64,000 nt of DNA from Phaeosaccion multiseriatum (taxonomy: Eukaryota > Protista > Ochrophyta, other classes). A program made the position numbers and the translations under genes. The DNA lies in the NCBI GenBank assembly GCA_965112735.1, contig OZ218962.1, positions 1,240,001 to 1,304,000 on the forward strand, read 5' to 3'. The notes under the pieces are model-generated. The model was not told the DNA's origin, searched no databases, and saw only the letters and a list, made by a program, of their open reading frames with translations. Below, piece after piece: positions 39,881-52,525 of the stretch. The first letter of the stretch is position 1, and each line of letters opens with the position of its first letter.

Positions 39881-41168
39881 GAAGAGGAGGAGAAGCAGCA
39901 GGGGCAGTGCTGTGTGTGTAGCCAAAGGGGGAGGGCATGAGGAGAGGGTAGGAGAGGAGGACAAGGGGCCATCATGGTCTTCTCTGCTGAGGCAGGAGCG
40001 CTTGGAGCGGCCCTACATTGAGCAGGCGAGTCGCCACTATCCTCTGGCGTTTGCCATGGCCGAGGCCGAACTGAGGGGTGCGTGCCGAGAGGAGGAGGGA
40101 GGAAGCCTTGCGCTACATGAGCAAGAGGAGGATGAAGAGGATGAGGAGGAAGAGGATGAGGAGGACGAGGAGGACGAGGAGGAAGGCGATGCAGAAGGGA
40201 CCTCAAGGGGTCTCCATGGGAGGAGAGACATGCTTCGCCTGCATGAGGCCCCCGAAGACGTGGTGCTCTCTGTAGCGTCTTTTTTGGGCCACAAACGCCT
40301 GTGCAGACTTGCCTGCGTGAACAGGAGGTGGCGGGACCTTTTGGCAGGGGCCGGGCCTTGGTATACGGTCTTCACCCAGCGATGGACAGTGTTGGGGGTG
40401 CCAGACCCCAACCAGGTGAGGGCAGGCTGGCTCGCTGGCTGACTGCGTTCTTTTGCTCCCGCCTGTTCTTTCGTGTATGTACTGCCCCCCCCCCCCCCCA
40501 CCCCCGGCCCTTCTGTATGACTTTGATCTCAGTCCTCCGTTGCGTGCTACACCTTCCAATGCCACTCCAATCTTCGATGCGAGTCCGAAGGGAGGCTAAG
40601 TGATGATGTCGGGAGGCATTGGAACCCTTCATCTCTCTTCTCTTCGATTTGTCTCATTCCCCTTTTGTTGCCATCTCAGGAGAGCCTTTGGGCGAAGGAG
40701 AATGAGGATAGGGACCACGGGAGGACCGCGCGAGAGCGGCAGCAGCAGTCACATGGGCAGGGGCAGGGAAAAGGCCGTACAGCAAGGCTGAGACGGCAGC
40801 GGCGAGTGGTGTGGTGTGGAAAGGAGGGGCCCTTCTGGCAAGGGCTGCCGTGGAGGGACTACTTCCGGAGGAGGCTGGAGGCCGAGAGGAGTCTCTACGG
40901 TGGCAAGAGAGAGAAGGGAAAGGAGCGCAAGGGGGCCTTCGGGGCTGAGCCGTGCCGCTTCATTGACTGCTGCGAACCGCTCAAGACCAAGGCTGCCTAC
41001 AAGAAGCATATGGGCACGCACCGAAGGCAGATGCTGAAGGCCCTGCGGGAACAGCAAAAGGAAGTCAGGAAGAAGGAGCAGAAGCAGCAGCAGCGTATAC
41101 GCCGAGACGGGGAGAGAGAGGAGAAGAAGAAGAAGAGACCTAAAATTGTGAGCAGCACCCCCGCATAG
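37989..41168 (+). CDS. Large protein with C-terminal F-box and C2H2-type zinc finger; intron ~40415-40679
   Basis: LHEAPEDVVLSVASFLGHKRLCRLACVNRRWRDL (F-box); WRDYFRRR; CRFIDCCEPLKTKAAYKKHMGTH. Confidence 0.75.
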
Positions 41169-41248
41169 GGCCCACCCACCCACACTCCGGCGGGTGACTC
41201 AAAATAGACGTTTGTACAGTCCACTCCTCCTATTTGCTTGTGTTGCTG

Positions 41249-44200
41249 TTAGCCCGGCTGCTCCTGGTGCTCCTTCTCCTTGTGCAGCTTCTCTTGCTTC
41301 TCTTGCTGCCCCTCCAGCTGCTTCTGCTGCTGCTCTTGCCTCTCTTGCTGCCCCTTCTGTTGCCTCTCTTGCTTGTTGTCTTGCTGCTCGTGCTGTGCAT
41401 GCAAGTATCGCATTTCCTCGATGCTCGAGCGAATGTTTCTGCGCAGGGCTGAGATGCTTTTCTCTTCGAACCAAGAAGATGAGAAGGGCCCGCCCTGCTT
41501 CCCCTTGCTCTCCACAAAGGCCTGCGACACAGAGAAGCGAGGCCCGGTGACCCCCCCTGCTGCTGCAGCGCCGCTAGTGGGAGACTGCTGCCGCACCTCC
41601 TCGGGGGGAGTGGCGGGCATGGAGAAGGAAGAGGAGGTGGTGGTGGAGAAGGAGGAAGCATTGGGGAGGGGGCCAGGAATGGCACAAGACAGGGCCTCTT
41701 CCGCTGGGGCCCTTGTGCCGTCCTGAGCCCCCTGCGTTGAACCACTCCCCGCAGTGCGGCCCCTCGGACTTGCTTGCTGCTTGACACTCTGCTTGACGTT
41801 GCTGCTGCCGCTTGGGTTCAGATGCTTCGTCAACTCCTCAACGTACTTGAGCAAGTACACTCCGCAGTCGCAGTCATTGCTCTGCTGTGGAAGGGGGGGC
41901 GAGAAGGCGGGCACGGTCTTGCCGGTAAAGCTCAGCTTCTCGCTGCTGCTGCTGGTGGTGGTGGTGGTGCTGCTGCTGCTGCTACCACTGTTCCTGTTCC
42001 TGTTCTCCCATACAATGGTCATGACCCTCCGAATCTCCTTGGCAATCACCTGTGCGCGATGGCACTTGGCGGAGTCCATGAGGAGGATGCAGGGAAGCCG
42101 CTCTGGGGCTGCGGGCGGCACCTCCACCACTGCGTCTTCGTCGTCGTCCTCGTCGTCTTCGCTTTCCCCGTCCTTGTCTTCACTGTCGCCCTCACTATCT
42201 CTGTCACTGTCTATTTGTCTGTGTCCTCCCCGCTTGCTGTCCTGCGAGTTCTCGTCCTTCCTGTCGTTGCCCTTCTCGTCCTGGACGCTGTGCTTCTTCT
42301 CTCTCTCCCCATCCGACGGCCCACTGTCCACCATCTCCTCCCCCCCCAACTCCTCTGCGCTTGCGGCCTTGTCCACTATGATCTCCTCCTCCTCCTCCTC
42401 CTCCGCTCCCTCCTCCTCATCCTCCTCCAGCACCTTCTCCTCCTCCTCCTCCTCCTCCTCCTCCTCCTCCTCCTCCTTTCTACCGAATTTCTCTCGCCGC
42501 TGATCAGGTTCTTCCTCCTTGCCATCCGCGTCAGGCGAAGCAAAGCCTTCTCCCCTTCCATCCTGCTGCCCCTTAGTCCCCTCCGTCTCCCTATATACCA
42601 TTGCCCCCTCCCCTCCCCTTTCGTCGTCCGCCTGTGCCATCCTTTTCCAATCTCGGTCAGCAGCTCCCCCCTTGGCTCTGTGCACTCCTCGCGCACTGCT
42701 GCTACTCGATACACGCACCCCCCCCCCCAACCCTTCAAGCTGGCAGGTGGGGCGACGCCCGCCGCTGCTGGGCGGTGGTCGCCGCTTCCGGCGTGCCTGC
42801 CCTCCCCCCGCCCCCCGGGAAAGCCCGTGAGAAGCACCAGGGAGTGCCGCCGAATGCTTTCCCTCCTTGCTCTCCCTGATCTTCCTCCTGCCCTCCTTGC
42901 TCTCCCCAAGTGGGGGCGGCTCCAGACGTGGCTCTTCCTTCTCCCTCTTCCTACCCCCCTTCCTGCCTTGCTCGCCTCGCCTGCCTTGCTCCTCTCCGTC
43001 CGAGTCGCCCTCCCCACCCTGACCCATCACCACCATCACCACGTCGTCGCCGTTCTCTTGCTGCGTCCCCGCCGTGGTGCCATTCTCCTTCGTGCCCTCC
43101 GTCTCTTGCTGCTGCATGTTGGCAGCGGCCTCTTGCCCCTGCCCCTGCCCTTGCCGTTGCCCTTCGTCCCCCGACGAAACGCTCACGACGCTCTCCCTCT
43201 CCCTCTCCCCCCGTGCTTCTCTCCTATCTCTCCTCCTCGCGGCCTTCACTTGCTTCCTCCCGGCCTTCCTCTCTCTCTCCCTGGCCTTCTTGTTCCTCTC
43301 CCTCTCGCTCTGCCTCTCGTTATACTCATCCATAAGCCTGTAGTACGTCATGGCCTCCCCAACGGCTCCGGGGTTGCACAGCACCCCCAGGCTCCAATGC
43401 AAGGCATCATTAACGGGGAAGAAGACGAAACGCTTGCCAAACAGGTCAAAGTCTTTCATCCACCTCAGCACCTATTGTTAACACAACACGAGGAGGGGGA
43501 AGGGGACCCCGAAAGAGAAAGAGCAGACAAAAGTGGGCATCCGGGTCAGAAGCCGGGTCAGAGCGGAGCGGGGGGAGATGTGCACATCGAAGGGAGCCTC
43601 TGTCTGAGCTCTTCGGTCCGGTCTTTGTCAGCGATCGAAGCAGTATGACGCAGGATGTACCATTAAGACGACGATAAAAACAGAACAAAGAACCAAATTG
43701 AGGTTCAGTAGGTACCTCGGAGCCCCTCTTGCTCCCCTACTGCTCTTTTTCAAATCCAGTTTCCACTTGACCGCCCCTCACCTTCCTTGTGAGCTCCTTG
43801 CCGTCCCCCCTGGAGACGGAGCCCCCCTTGGAGGCGGAGGAGTATGTCTGAACCATTGTGAAGAGGTGCGGGGAGAAGAAGTGGCAGTCTCTCTGCACGG
43901 CGGGGGACAGCTTGGGCAGCAGGTGCATCAGGTGAAAGTCGATAATGTCGTCGTTGAGAAACACCTGAGGAGGAGGAGGAGGAGGAGGAGGAGGAGGAGG
44001 AGGAGGGCCGTGGGACAGCATGGCGTACATGACGTGGGCATGAGGCAGGTGTGGGGTGTCAACAGAGTGGAATGTACCCAAGCAAGCAAACCAAGTAAAC
44101 AAACAAAAACACGTCTTCCTCTCTCTCACTCCCTTTCCTTCAATAAACAAAAAAAATCCTTACCGTCTCGTTGAGCCGGACAACGTCCTCGTTAGTGAGC

Positions 44201-46320
44201 GAGACGAGGCCTCCGTAGGCCTTGCCCTTATAGTTGAGCACTACCCGGGACGCCATCTTTCGGATTTGGCTCGAGTGAATGAAGGCCACTCCCCACGGCA
44301 GGCGAACCTGTCGGATATTCCACTCGTAGGCCTGGGTCTTTCGACGCTTTCCCTTTCGCCGATTGGTGCTTTTGCTCTGACTCGCGGCGTAGGAGCGGCG
44401 AAGTAGGACCCCTTCGCCGAGGGGAGTCTGTTGGTGGAGATGAGAGAGATTGAGTGAGTGATCCGATCCGATCCGATCAGTACAATGCAATCGTATGAAT
44501 GTGTGTATGTGTGTGTCTGTGTGTGTGTGTGTATGTGTGTCGAAAGGCACGGACAGGGGCATGCGAGGCCAGTCCAGAGTTCGGCGCGAGTGACGCAGAG
44601 CAAAGAGATGTATGCCCTGTCCACGCACGCACGCACCTGCACGAAGTGATTGGGTCCGTACAAGGCGTCATCGTCGTCTGTCTCGTCCCCCACGGCGGTC
44701 ATGTCCATCACCTCGGCGTCAGGACCCCCTCTCTCTCTCTCCTTGTCCCTTCTGCGCTTTCCTCTGCCGCTGCTCCTTCGAGTTGGCCCCTCTCCGGAAG
44801 AAGGAGCGTCACTCACAAAGGCGCTACTTCCATCTTCGCCGCTCTTCTGCTGCTGCTGCTGCTGCTTCTCCCCTCGCTTTGCTTCTCCTCCTCCTCCTTC
44901 CTCGTCGCTACTGTCCATCACCTCCAAAGGTTGCGCTTCCGAGGTGGCAGTGAGGACAGGAGCAGAAGCGGCCCCGCTACCACTACCTTGGCTCCTCCTT
45001 CTTGTCCTAGGTGGGGTGGGAGAGGGCTCCCACACCACTCCTGCTTCCCCCCCTTCTCCTTCTCTTGTAGCCTTGGACGTGCTACTCCTGGCTCTCTTCT
45101 TGCTGCCTTGACTCTTCCCTCCCTTGCCTCCCTTGCCAACCTCATCCACTTGGGGTGAATCTCCCCTCGTTCTCCGCGTCGTCTTCCTCCTCCTTCCACC
45201 GCTCTCCCGTTCCCCCTCTTCTCCCTCGAGCGTCCATTCCTCGTCACCGTCCGACCGCTGTGCTTTCACTCCCATCCTCTCCTCGTCCTGAGCTTCAGTG
45301 GGAGACCAAACCCCCTCCCTCCCGCCTACAACCTCCACGTCACTATCGCCGCCACCACCCGTCTCGCCTCTGCTCGCAGGCGCTGCTCTCTGTGCCCCAG
45401 CATCATCACCGCCCTCCATTGCTCCACCGTTAGAACCCTCTCTTCGTCGATCATGTCGAACGAACTGAACCTCACCCTTGGCATCATCATCATCATCATC
45501 ATCATCATCGTCAGCACCCCCCTGCCACGCCCCTGAGAGCCTCTTTCCTCCTGCGTCGTGAGCTGCCGCTGGCTCAGCTTGTGGCTCTGCTTCATCGCTG
45601 CTAGACAAGACTGGCGCTGCAAGAGCCAGCAGCCTCTTGCTTTGCTTCTTCGGAGGGTGCCGCACATCTGGGGAGACTCTATTGATGGGGCTGGTAGGAG
45701 AGATCAAACCATGTCGCCGCTGCCGCTGTCGCTTCTGCTCCTCTTCCCCCCCCTCTTCCTCCGCATCCAAGTCGATCACCTCCTGCCTGTGCTGCTGCTG
45801 CTTGTGGCGGTCCTTCCGACCCCTCCCCGGGCTTGATTCACTCTCGCCCCCCCCGGCGTGGGAGTTGTTCCCGTGCCCCGCGTATATGTCAGTGAAGTAT
45901 CCTCCTTCCTCGTTTCCCCAGCCTTTCCTTTCGCCCACCGTAGTGAAAGCCCCTCCACCGCTTTGCAAAACGCCCTTTCCCACCCCGCGACTGCCCCCCC
46001 TTTGGGGCAAGTCATCGACCTCCATAATGCCCTCCTCCTCCTCCTCCTGCTCCTGCTCCTGCTGCTGCTGCTTCGCCTCCCCGATGTCCGGGCCGCCTCC
46101 CCTCCTTGCGTCTACCGCAGACTTATCTGGCGCGGACGGGACGTCCCTGTCTCCCCCACTCCCCACCTCTCCCTCTGAGGCATTGTCAACAGGAACATTG
46201 CCCCCTCCTTGTCCTCCTGCATTTGACTCGCTTTCGTGCGCCTTCTCTTCTCGCTCGTGCTGCTCACCACTCATGACCTCCATTGACGAATCCAATGTCC
46301 CCGCGTCTTTCCCCCCTACT

Positions 46321-46364
<44 letters not shown>

Positions 46365-47460
46365 GTGGTGGTGTTTGCTGTGCTTTCGGTGATCACGCCG
46401 TTTCCCTCCGCCACCTTTAGCACAAGCCGCTCCGGAAACGGAGACTCCATGCTCTACAGCTGCCAGCGGCTCTTGGCCCGTACTACTACTGGTGGGGAGG
46501 GGAACGGAAGCAGGAAACGCGTTGTGGTTAGCGAAAGGGTGACAAGAGGTAGACTACCGACTCTCTTGTCGGTTGATGGCATTATTTGGGACTCACATCG
46601 TTTTCCTTTCGTCCTGCCTGGACCGACCGAGTCAAACACAGACCCAGAAAAATCTCATACCTTGTACGGGGAATCTCCTTGTTGCCGTCCCCAGGCCGGG
46701 TGGTCTCCTGTAAGGAGAGCCTGGCCCTCACGCTCTCCCTCGAAGTAGCACCGGCCTTGGTCTCCGCCGGTGGAAAGGAGCGCTTGCTCTGCGTAAGGAG
46801 TCAAAGAGTCACGTGGCAGGTGAGGAGGTTTGAAAAGCGAAAGCATTTGCATGTCTTTACTTTTTCGAAGGTAGAAGCGGGAGCAGCAGGAGCCCTTGCC
46901 CGGCCACTCCCTCCTACGCTGGCGGCGGCGGGCGGTAGAAGTATGGGCATGCACAATAATCAAGCAAGCAAATGACTAAAATTGATACTTCCATGGGAGT
47001 CTCGCGTCGCGTTTGAAGGAAAAAAAATTAACGTTGGGCATGCTGAGGCGAGCAGCGAAGGACCAGGGGGGGGGGGTGAAGGTACCTCCTTAGGACTCAC
47101 CGAGTAGAGCCCCTCCACTTCGGCACGTTCGTCCGGCTGGAGCGATGAGACGGCGCCGGGCTTTCCTTCTTCCCCCTTCTCTCTTTCCCGTCCTTCAGCC
47201 CCCCCCTCCGCCAGAGTCGCCCCAGCTTCTGCCCTCCCTACTTTGTGGTCTACTTTCCTTATTTTCTCACTGCTGGTGGTGGTGGTGGTCCTCCTCCTCC
47301 TGTTGCTGTTGCTGTTGCTGGTGCCGCGCCTGCTGCCTTTCTCAACGCTCCTCGGGCCTCCCTCCCCCCAATGTTGCGTTTGGAGCTAGTCTCGTGCTCG
47401 TACTCGTCGTCACACCTCGCTCCCGTAACCTGCTGCTGCGGCTCTGAAGAGCCCCACCGC
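41249..47460 (-). CDS. Ulp1/SENP family SUMO protease (peptidase C48, Ulp2/SENP6-7-like); 5' end approximate
   Basis: LTNEDVVRLNET|VFLNDDIIDFHL, FFSPHLF, RWMKDFDLFGKRFVFFPVNDALHWSL, CILLMDS, PQQSNDCDCGVYLLKYVE (His-Asp-Cys triad plus oxyanion Gln). Confidence 0.9.
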
Positions 47461-48155
47461 ATGAAGGCGGGTCGTTTTTTTTCTCAGGCAAGCCCCCTTC
47501 TTTGGCTTTTGAAGAGGGCGCCAACTGTGAGTTTCGGAGAACCACATTGCGAGCTGGAAGTCGTCTGCTCCAATGTTGCTGATCGATATGTATCGGTTAA
47601 GGTCTATTGTTGTCAGTTTATGTCTCGAGCGTCCTTGGAATGCTCCGGACCCCTCCACTTGCGCTTACAAGAAGCAAACTGGAGGCTGTAGCCGGGGGTT
47701 GAGTCTAGGGTGGGTTCGATTGGAGGTTCAGTGCCGTAGGCCTCTGTTACCAGGGCGGCCCACAATCGTCCTCCACCATATCTGCTGCTTTGCTCTGTCT
47801 AGCCCCTCAGGGGAGAGTATATAAGCGGTGCCGATTCGTTCGTTGTTCTGCCCAGAATGGAGGAAGGACGGAGGGGGTTGCTTCCTCTGCCCTCACGGCT
47901 TGCTGGTGTGATGTGGCGGCCAAGACGGGCGGAGAGTCAGAGTCAGATGGCTGCACCGCTGGCGTCAAGCGGAGACCTCTGAGGTGTTCCACAGCTCCTG
48001 CGCGGGGTGAGGAAGGACCCCTTGCCATCGCCATGTACCAACATGCGCTGCTCGGCCCCCGACGAACGCCCCAGATGCAGAGATGGAGCGGCGTGCCGTT
48101 TGGGAAGTAAGAGTCACGACAAGTGCTCCTCCGTCCCTTGTCCCCTCTCGATGCC

Positions 48156-49460
48156 TCACTCGTCTCCGTTCGCGCCGTACAGCTCTCTCAATCGCTGCAT
48201 GGCTAGCAGACATACGGAGGCGGAGACAAGACTTAGCTCTCCCTCAGCAATGGCCTGTCGAACTTGCGTCAGCGTCAAGCCTCTCTTGATGTCTATCCAC
48301 TCGCCGGGGTCCAGAGGTCTGGGGCTTTCCGTGACGAGGAGCGGGTCCACCACCAGGAAGCAGTGGAAGGTGTTTGCGTTGTACTTGTCCATCTGAACGG
48401 CAGGAGTGGAAAAAACGAGTCGCGTGATGGTCTGGTGTCTTTGTTCCCCACTTGTGCCTCTCCTCCGCTCTTTTCTCACCGCAATTGTGCTCTCCATGTC
48501 TGCCAGTAGCGGCAGCCAACGCCCGCCCGTGAGATGAGCTTCCTCCTCGAGCTCAAAGCGAGCAGCCTGGAAGGAGGGCGTAACGCAAGCAGTGAGTGGT
48601 GCATTAATCGCGCCGTCGTTTGCCGACCATCCCAACACTCTGGTGGAGAATGGGGCCGGCCAGTCATCTCTTGAGCACCTCTCACCTCAAGGGGTGATGC
48701 GTGTTTCCCCTCTTCGTACATGCCTGCCACAATGCCTGCCACCACACCCGCAAATCAATCCTACATTAGTCAATGGGAAATGTTCTCGTTGATTCCCTTC
48801 CACCCATCCTCACCTAAGGAGACCTTCTTCTGGCCCGGAGCGTACTCCCTTATCAGGGTCGTTGTCCGCGTCTCAGAGTCCCACACGAACACCACAACCG
48901 ACTCGTGCTCCTGATCGATTACGTCGAACGTGGTCGTCTCTCTGCCCGCAGCCACACAGAGAAGGGAAGCACAAGCATCAGCGTGCATGCCCGGGAAGAA
49001 GAAAAAGAAGGGCTTCCTCATGTACCCACCCGGAAGGCATTCGAACATCTCGTTGAACTACTGTGCGCCAACCGCTGTACGCCTCCCTCTCCTCCAGAAG
49101 GGGAAAGTCGGGCTCGTCATCAGAGTCGCTATCAGCTTTACTCCATGCCTTGCCGGCAGAGAGAGTTGCTCCTACGGGAAGAGTCTTGGGGACGAACGCA
49201 TCGACCTGGAGGCACGCGACAAGCGAGGCAGAAAGAGGAGAGATTGGAATGGAATGTGTATTATATCGTCCTTTCCCGTGTTCATAATGCGTCGTCCAGC
49301 ATCCCTCGATCACCCCCCTTTCACCTACCAGTTGGAGTGACAGGAGCAAGAGCACCAACCATTGGAAGATCATCAGGGCAAGGAGGAGGAGAGGAGGAGA
49401 GGGGGAGACGAGGGGAGCAAGCGAAGGAAGTGGAGGGATTGGTTCTTCAAAGGAAATCAC
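48156..49460 (-). CDS. Nudix hydrolase (ADP-ribose pyrophosphatase-like), multi-exon; start uncertain
   Basis: YSGWRTVVQRDVRMPSG, TFDVI, LIREYAPG, Nudix box AGMYEEGKHASPLE|AARFELEEEAHL, LDPGEWI. Confidence 0.85.
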
Positions 49461-49513
49461 AGGAGGGCAACTCTTCTCTGATTCCTTCTCTTTAACCCAC
49501 TCAAGTCCCCCTC

Positions 49514-51517
49514 ATGCCCTTCGTCACGGATGACGGAGGGGATTACTTGCAGCAACAGGGGCTGAAGGAGCCCGAGAAGGCTCGACGGGAGTACCTTCGC
49601 CTGGATCTCAGCGTGAGTGACGGCGTTCCACCACTGACAAGCCTGCGGGAGCTGCGATTGCCCGTGGCCTATCCTGCGCTAACGCACCTGGTGAGTGGCA
49701 TTCAGCAGCAGCAGGGGAAGCACGAGCAGTAGTACGTCTCGCTTGGGATGGTGAAGTAACCCTTCTGTTGCCTTCTGCGCAGGACGTCTCGAATAACGGC
49801 CTCAGCAGTCTCGAAGGCGTGGGAGAGCTCTACTCTTTGCAGGTGAGTGAGCCGGTGAGTAGTCTTCCTGCCCCTCGCCGCCTCTCACCTTGATTTCTTC
49901 GCTCTCTTCCCTGCCGCAGACTCTGTTGGCCACCCACAATTTTCTTGAGCAACCACCAGACTTACTCGAGGTCAGAGGCAAGTGGTTGTTGTTGTTGTTT
50001 GGAAGTAGATCCAAGTCGACTCAGGAGAGTAATTGCAACTTCTCTCGGATGCGCTCCGAAGGGGGAAGAGAGGGTGTGGAAGTGGTAGATGGAAGAGCGG
50101 CGAGCCGGGGGGCCGGAGAAGTATAGGATGGTGAGTGGAAGGCTAATCAACGTCCCTCCCGCTAATCCCTGTGTTTCCGTAGGTCTGGTGAAGCTTGATC
50201 TGTCGCACAACGTGATTACCAGCGCGTCGGAGTTTCCCTCCTGCCTCTGCTTTGACAGCCTAGAGTACCTCAGCCTCAGTGGAAACGAAGTCCAACACCT
50301 GTGCGAGGCCAAGTCGCTCGCGGTCTTTAGTGCACTGACCAGCCTTGTAAGTGGGAGGGAGAGGGAGCAAGAGAGGAAGTTCGAATCCTCGCTCACTCCT
50401 TCTCTCGTGTTCTCCCCTTGTCGCTCTTTGTGTGTTTGTGTCGCGGGCCTGATCCTCCTTCAGGACTTGGAGGGGAATGCGGCGGTGGTGGAGGCAGAAG
50501 GAATGCGCATCGACTTGACTCCCCTTTTCCTCTTTCTTCTGCCCAACCTCACTCGCCTCAATGGTAAGCGAGTGATGGAGGGGAGGAGACGGAACGAATA
50601 CGCTGAGAAACACGCACCGGGTGCACTCACGGACAACGCCGTGCAAAAGGCGGGAGTCCTTTTCCGCTCTCCAAATGGCCAGCTGTCCCCTGCCCTACTG
50701 GACTTGCTGGAGCCCCCTCTGCATCGGCACCTGCTCGGGTACCTCCGCAAGACGTGCCCCCTGCCGCCGACCTCTTGCGCCTCTCCCACCCCCCCCATGG
50801 AGAGCCACGGTGCGGTCCAATATCACCAGAGGGAAATGGCGGAGGGGCAGGGGCAAGGCTTGCGACGTCCTCGTTGGACTGAAGGCCAAGTCCCACAGGG
50901 ACTCCCCGAGCATACAACCACCGCTCCACCCAGCAGCAGCAGCAGCAGAAGGGAGGAGAGCTCGTCGTTGTGCTGCTCGGGAGTCGCCCTGCTGCTGACC
51001 GGGCTCTCTCCAGAGGAGAAGCTCTCTGCGACGTGGGCTGTGGAGCAGCTGCAGGGGGCTGTGAGGGGGGCACGCGTGCGACAACGATTGAAAGGGCCGA
51101 GGCGGCGCATCGACGCTGCCGTCCGCATTCAGGCGCTGTATCGGAGGTACAGGTAGGTAGGTGGGTTAGGAGGTGTGAGAGAGCCTTGCTTGCTTGCGTG
51201 GGCTTGACGCAAAAGAAGAATGAGATCTGTCCCACGGGCTCTCGTTCATACTTCCCCCACTTGCACACCTCACCCACCCACATTGCAGCGTGCAGACACG
51301 CCGCAAGAAGGACCGCACCCTGCGAAGATCTTCCCACGTCGGCGCTGCGGAAGGAGGGCGCGCTCAAGCTGACCTGGGGGAGCGGGTGGCGCGCCTGGAG
51401 GTGGCACTGCAGCAGAGCGAGATGAAGCAGGAGGCCCTGAGTCAGGCTCTCTCCTGTGTACTGCAAGAAGCCGCGTCGCTTCGGGAAAGAGTCGCAAAAC
51501 TCGAGGAGAAGGGATGA
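49514..51517 (+). CDS. Leucine-rich repeat + IQ motif + coiled-coil protein (CEP97/LRRIQ-like architecture)
   Basis: LTHLDVSNNGLSSLEG, LVKLDLSHNVI, LEYLSLSGNEV, LPNLTRLNGKRV (LRR cap), AAVRIQALYRRYR, terminal coiled coil. Confidence 0.75.
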
Positions 51518-51680
51518 AGGTGGCTCGTGGCTCGTGACGATGGTGTGTGAAGTGGAGGTGGCGGAGCGGCAGCAGGCACACAGGGGGGCACATACACGAT
51601 GCTCTGTTGGCATGCATGTGATGCATTGAGGCACACTTCCAGCTGCTCGGGTGCTGTGCGGCCGAAAAGAAGACGTCGCC

Positions 51681-52525
51681 ATGGATAGCAAACTACCTAC
51701 AGTACCTGAGGGTGAAGCGCAAGGCAGGAGCTTCTTCGGCATATCCTGGAGCATGTGTGAGTGCCGGACAAGAAAGACTACGCCCCGCCTCCAGCACGAG
51801 GTGGCCAAACGAAGATTGCAGAAAGGCAGAGACGTAGCTACGGACAAGCATGACGAGGTGGTGGCGGTAGCAGCGGCACAGTACTACCAACACGCGCAGC
51901 CGATGGGGGAGCAGGAGGCCTCCGTTCTCTTTGATCTTGTGGCGCAGCACAGAGACGCTGTTAGTGGACACGTGTCAGGGCAAGCCTTCGCGAGCATGAA
52001 TTGCGACAGTGTGGGCTTTCTGGCCAAGTTTTCTGCGCGCCTTTGCGTGTTGGGTGTACGGCAAGACACAGCGCTGGATGGCGGCTGCGATTTGTACATT
52101 CTGGAGGAGGTGAGAGGAGAGAGATTGGAGGCGTCCCTCCTCAGGGCGTGGGGCCCAAGCCTATGAAGTGAAGCGATTGATGGCCTTTGAGTAGGCTAGA
52201 GCTGGCGCTCCTCTACTCCTCTTTTTTCTCCCCAAACCCTGTGATACTGTACCACCAACTGACCAACTGCTTCTACTGGGCCTTTGCTCAGGTGGGGCGA
52301 GCACGCAACATGGGCCTCGTGAATAAGGACCTCAAGGAGGCGGCAAGAAGGAGGCACGGGCATAGTGGTGGGAAGGAGTGCGCCGGTGGCGTCAGGTGCA
52401 GCCAGGGCCGTGTGTGCGCGTGTTGTGCAGATGCCCACAGGTGTGGCAGTGCTGGGTTGGCTGCACCGGTGCTGGTGTCGTGCTCGTCACTCGTGTCACC
52501 CGAGGCCAAAGGGGACAACTACTAA
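51681..52525 (+). CDS. Possible small hypothetical protein (intron ~52110-52291)
   Basis: ORF from ATG 51681 with gtgaga donor and ctcag acceptor; no homology recognised. Confidence 0.3.

Noticed and set aside
41280-43648. Long plus-strand ORFs antisense to the SUMO protease, and similar shadow ORFs elsewhere
   Set aside because: Expected by-product of high GC codon usage
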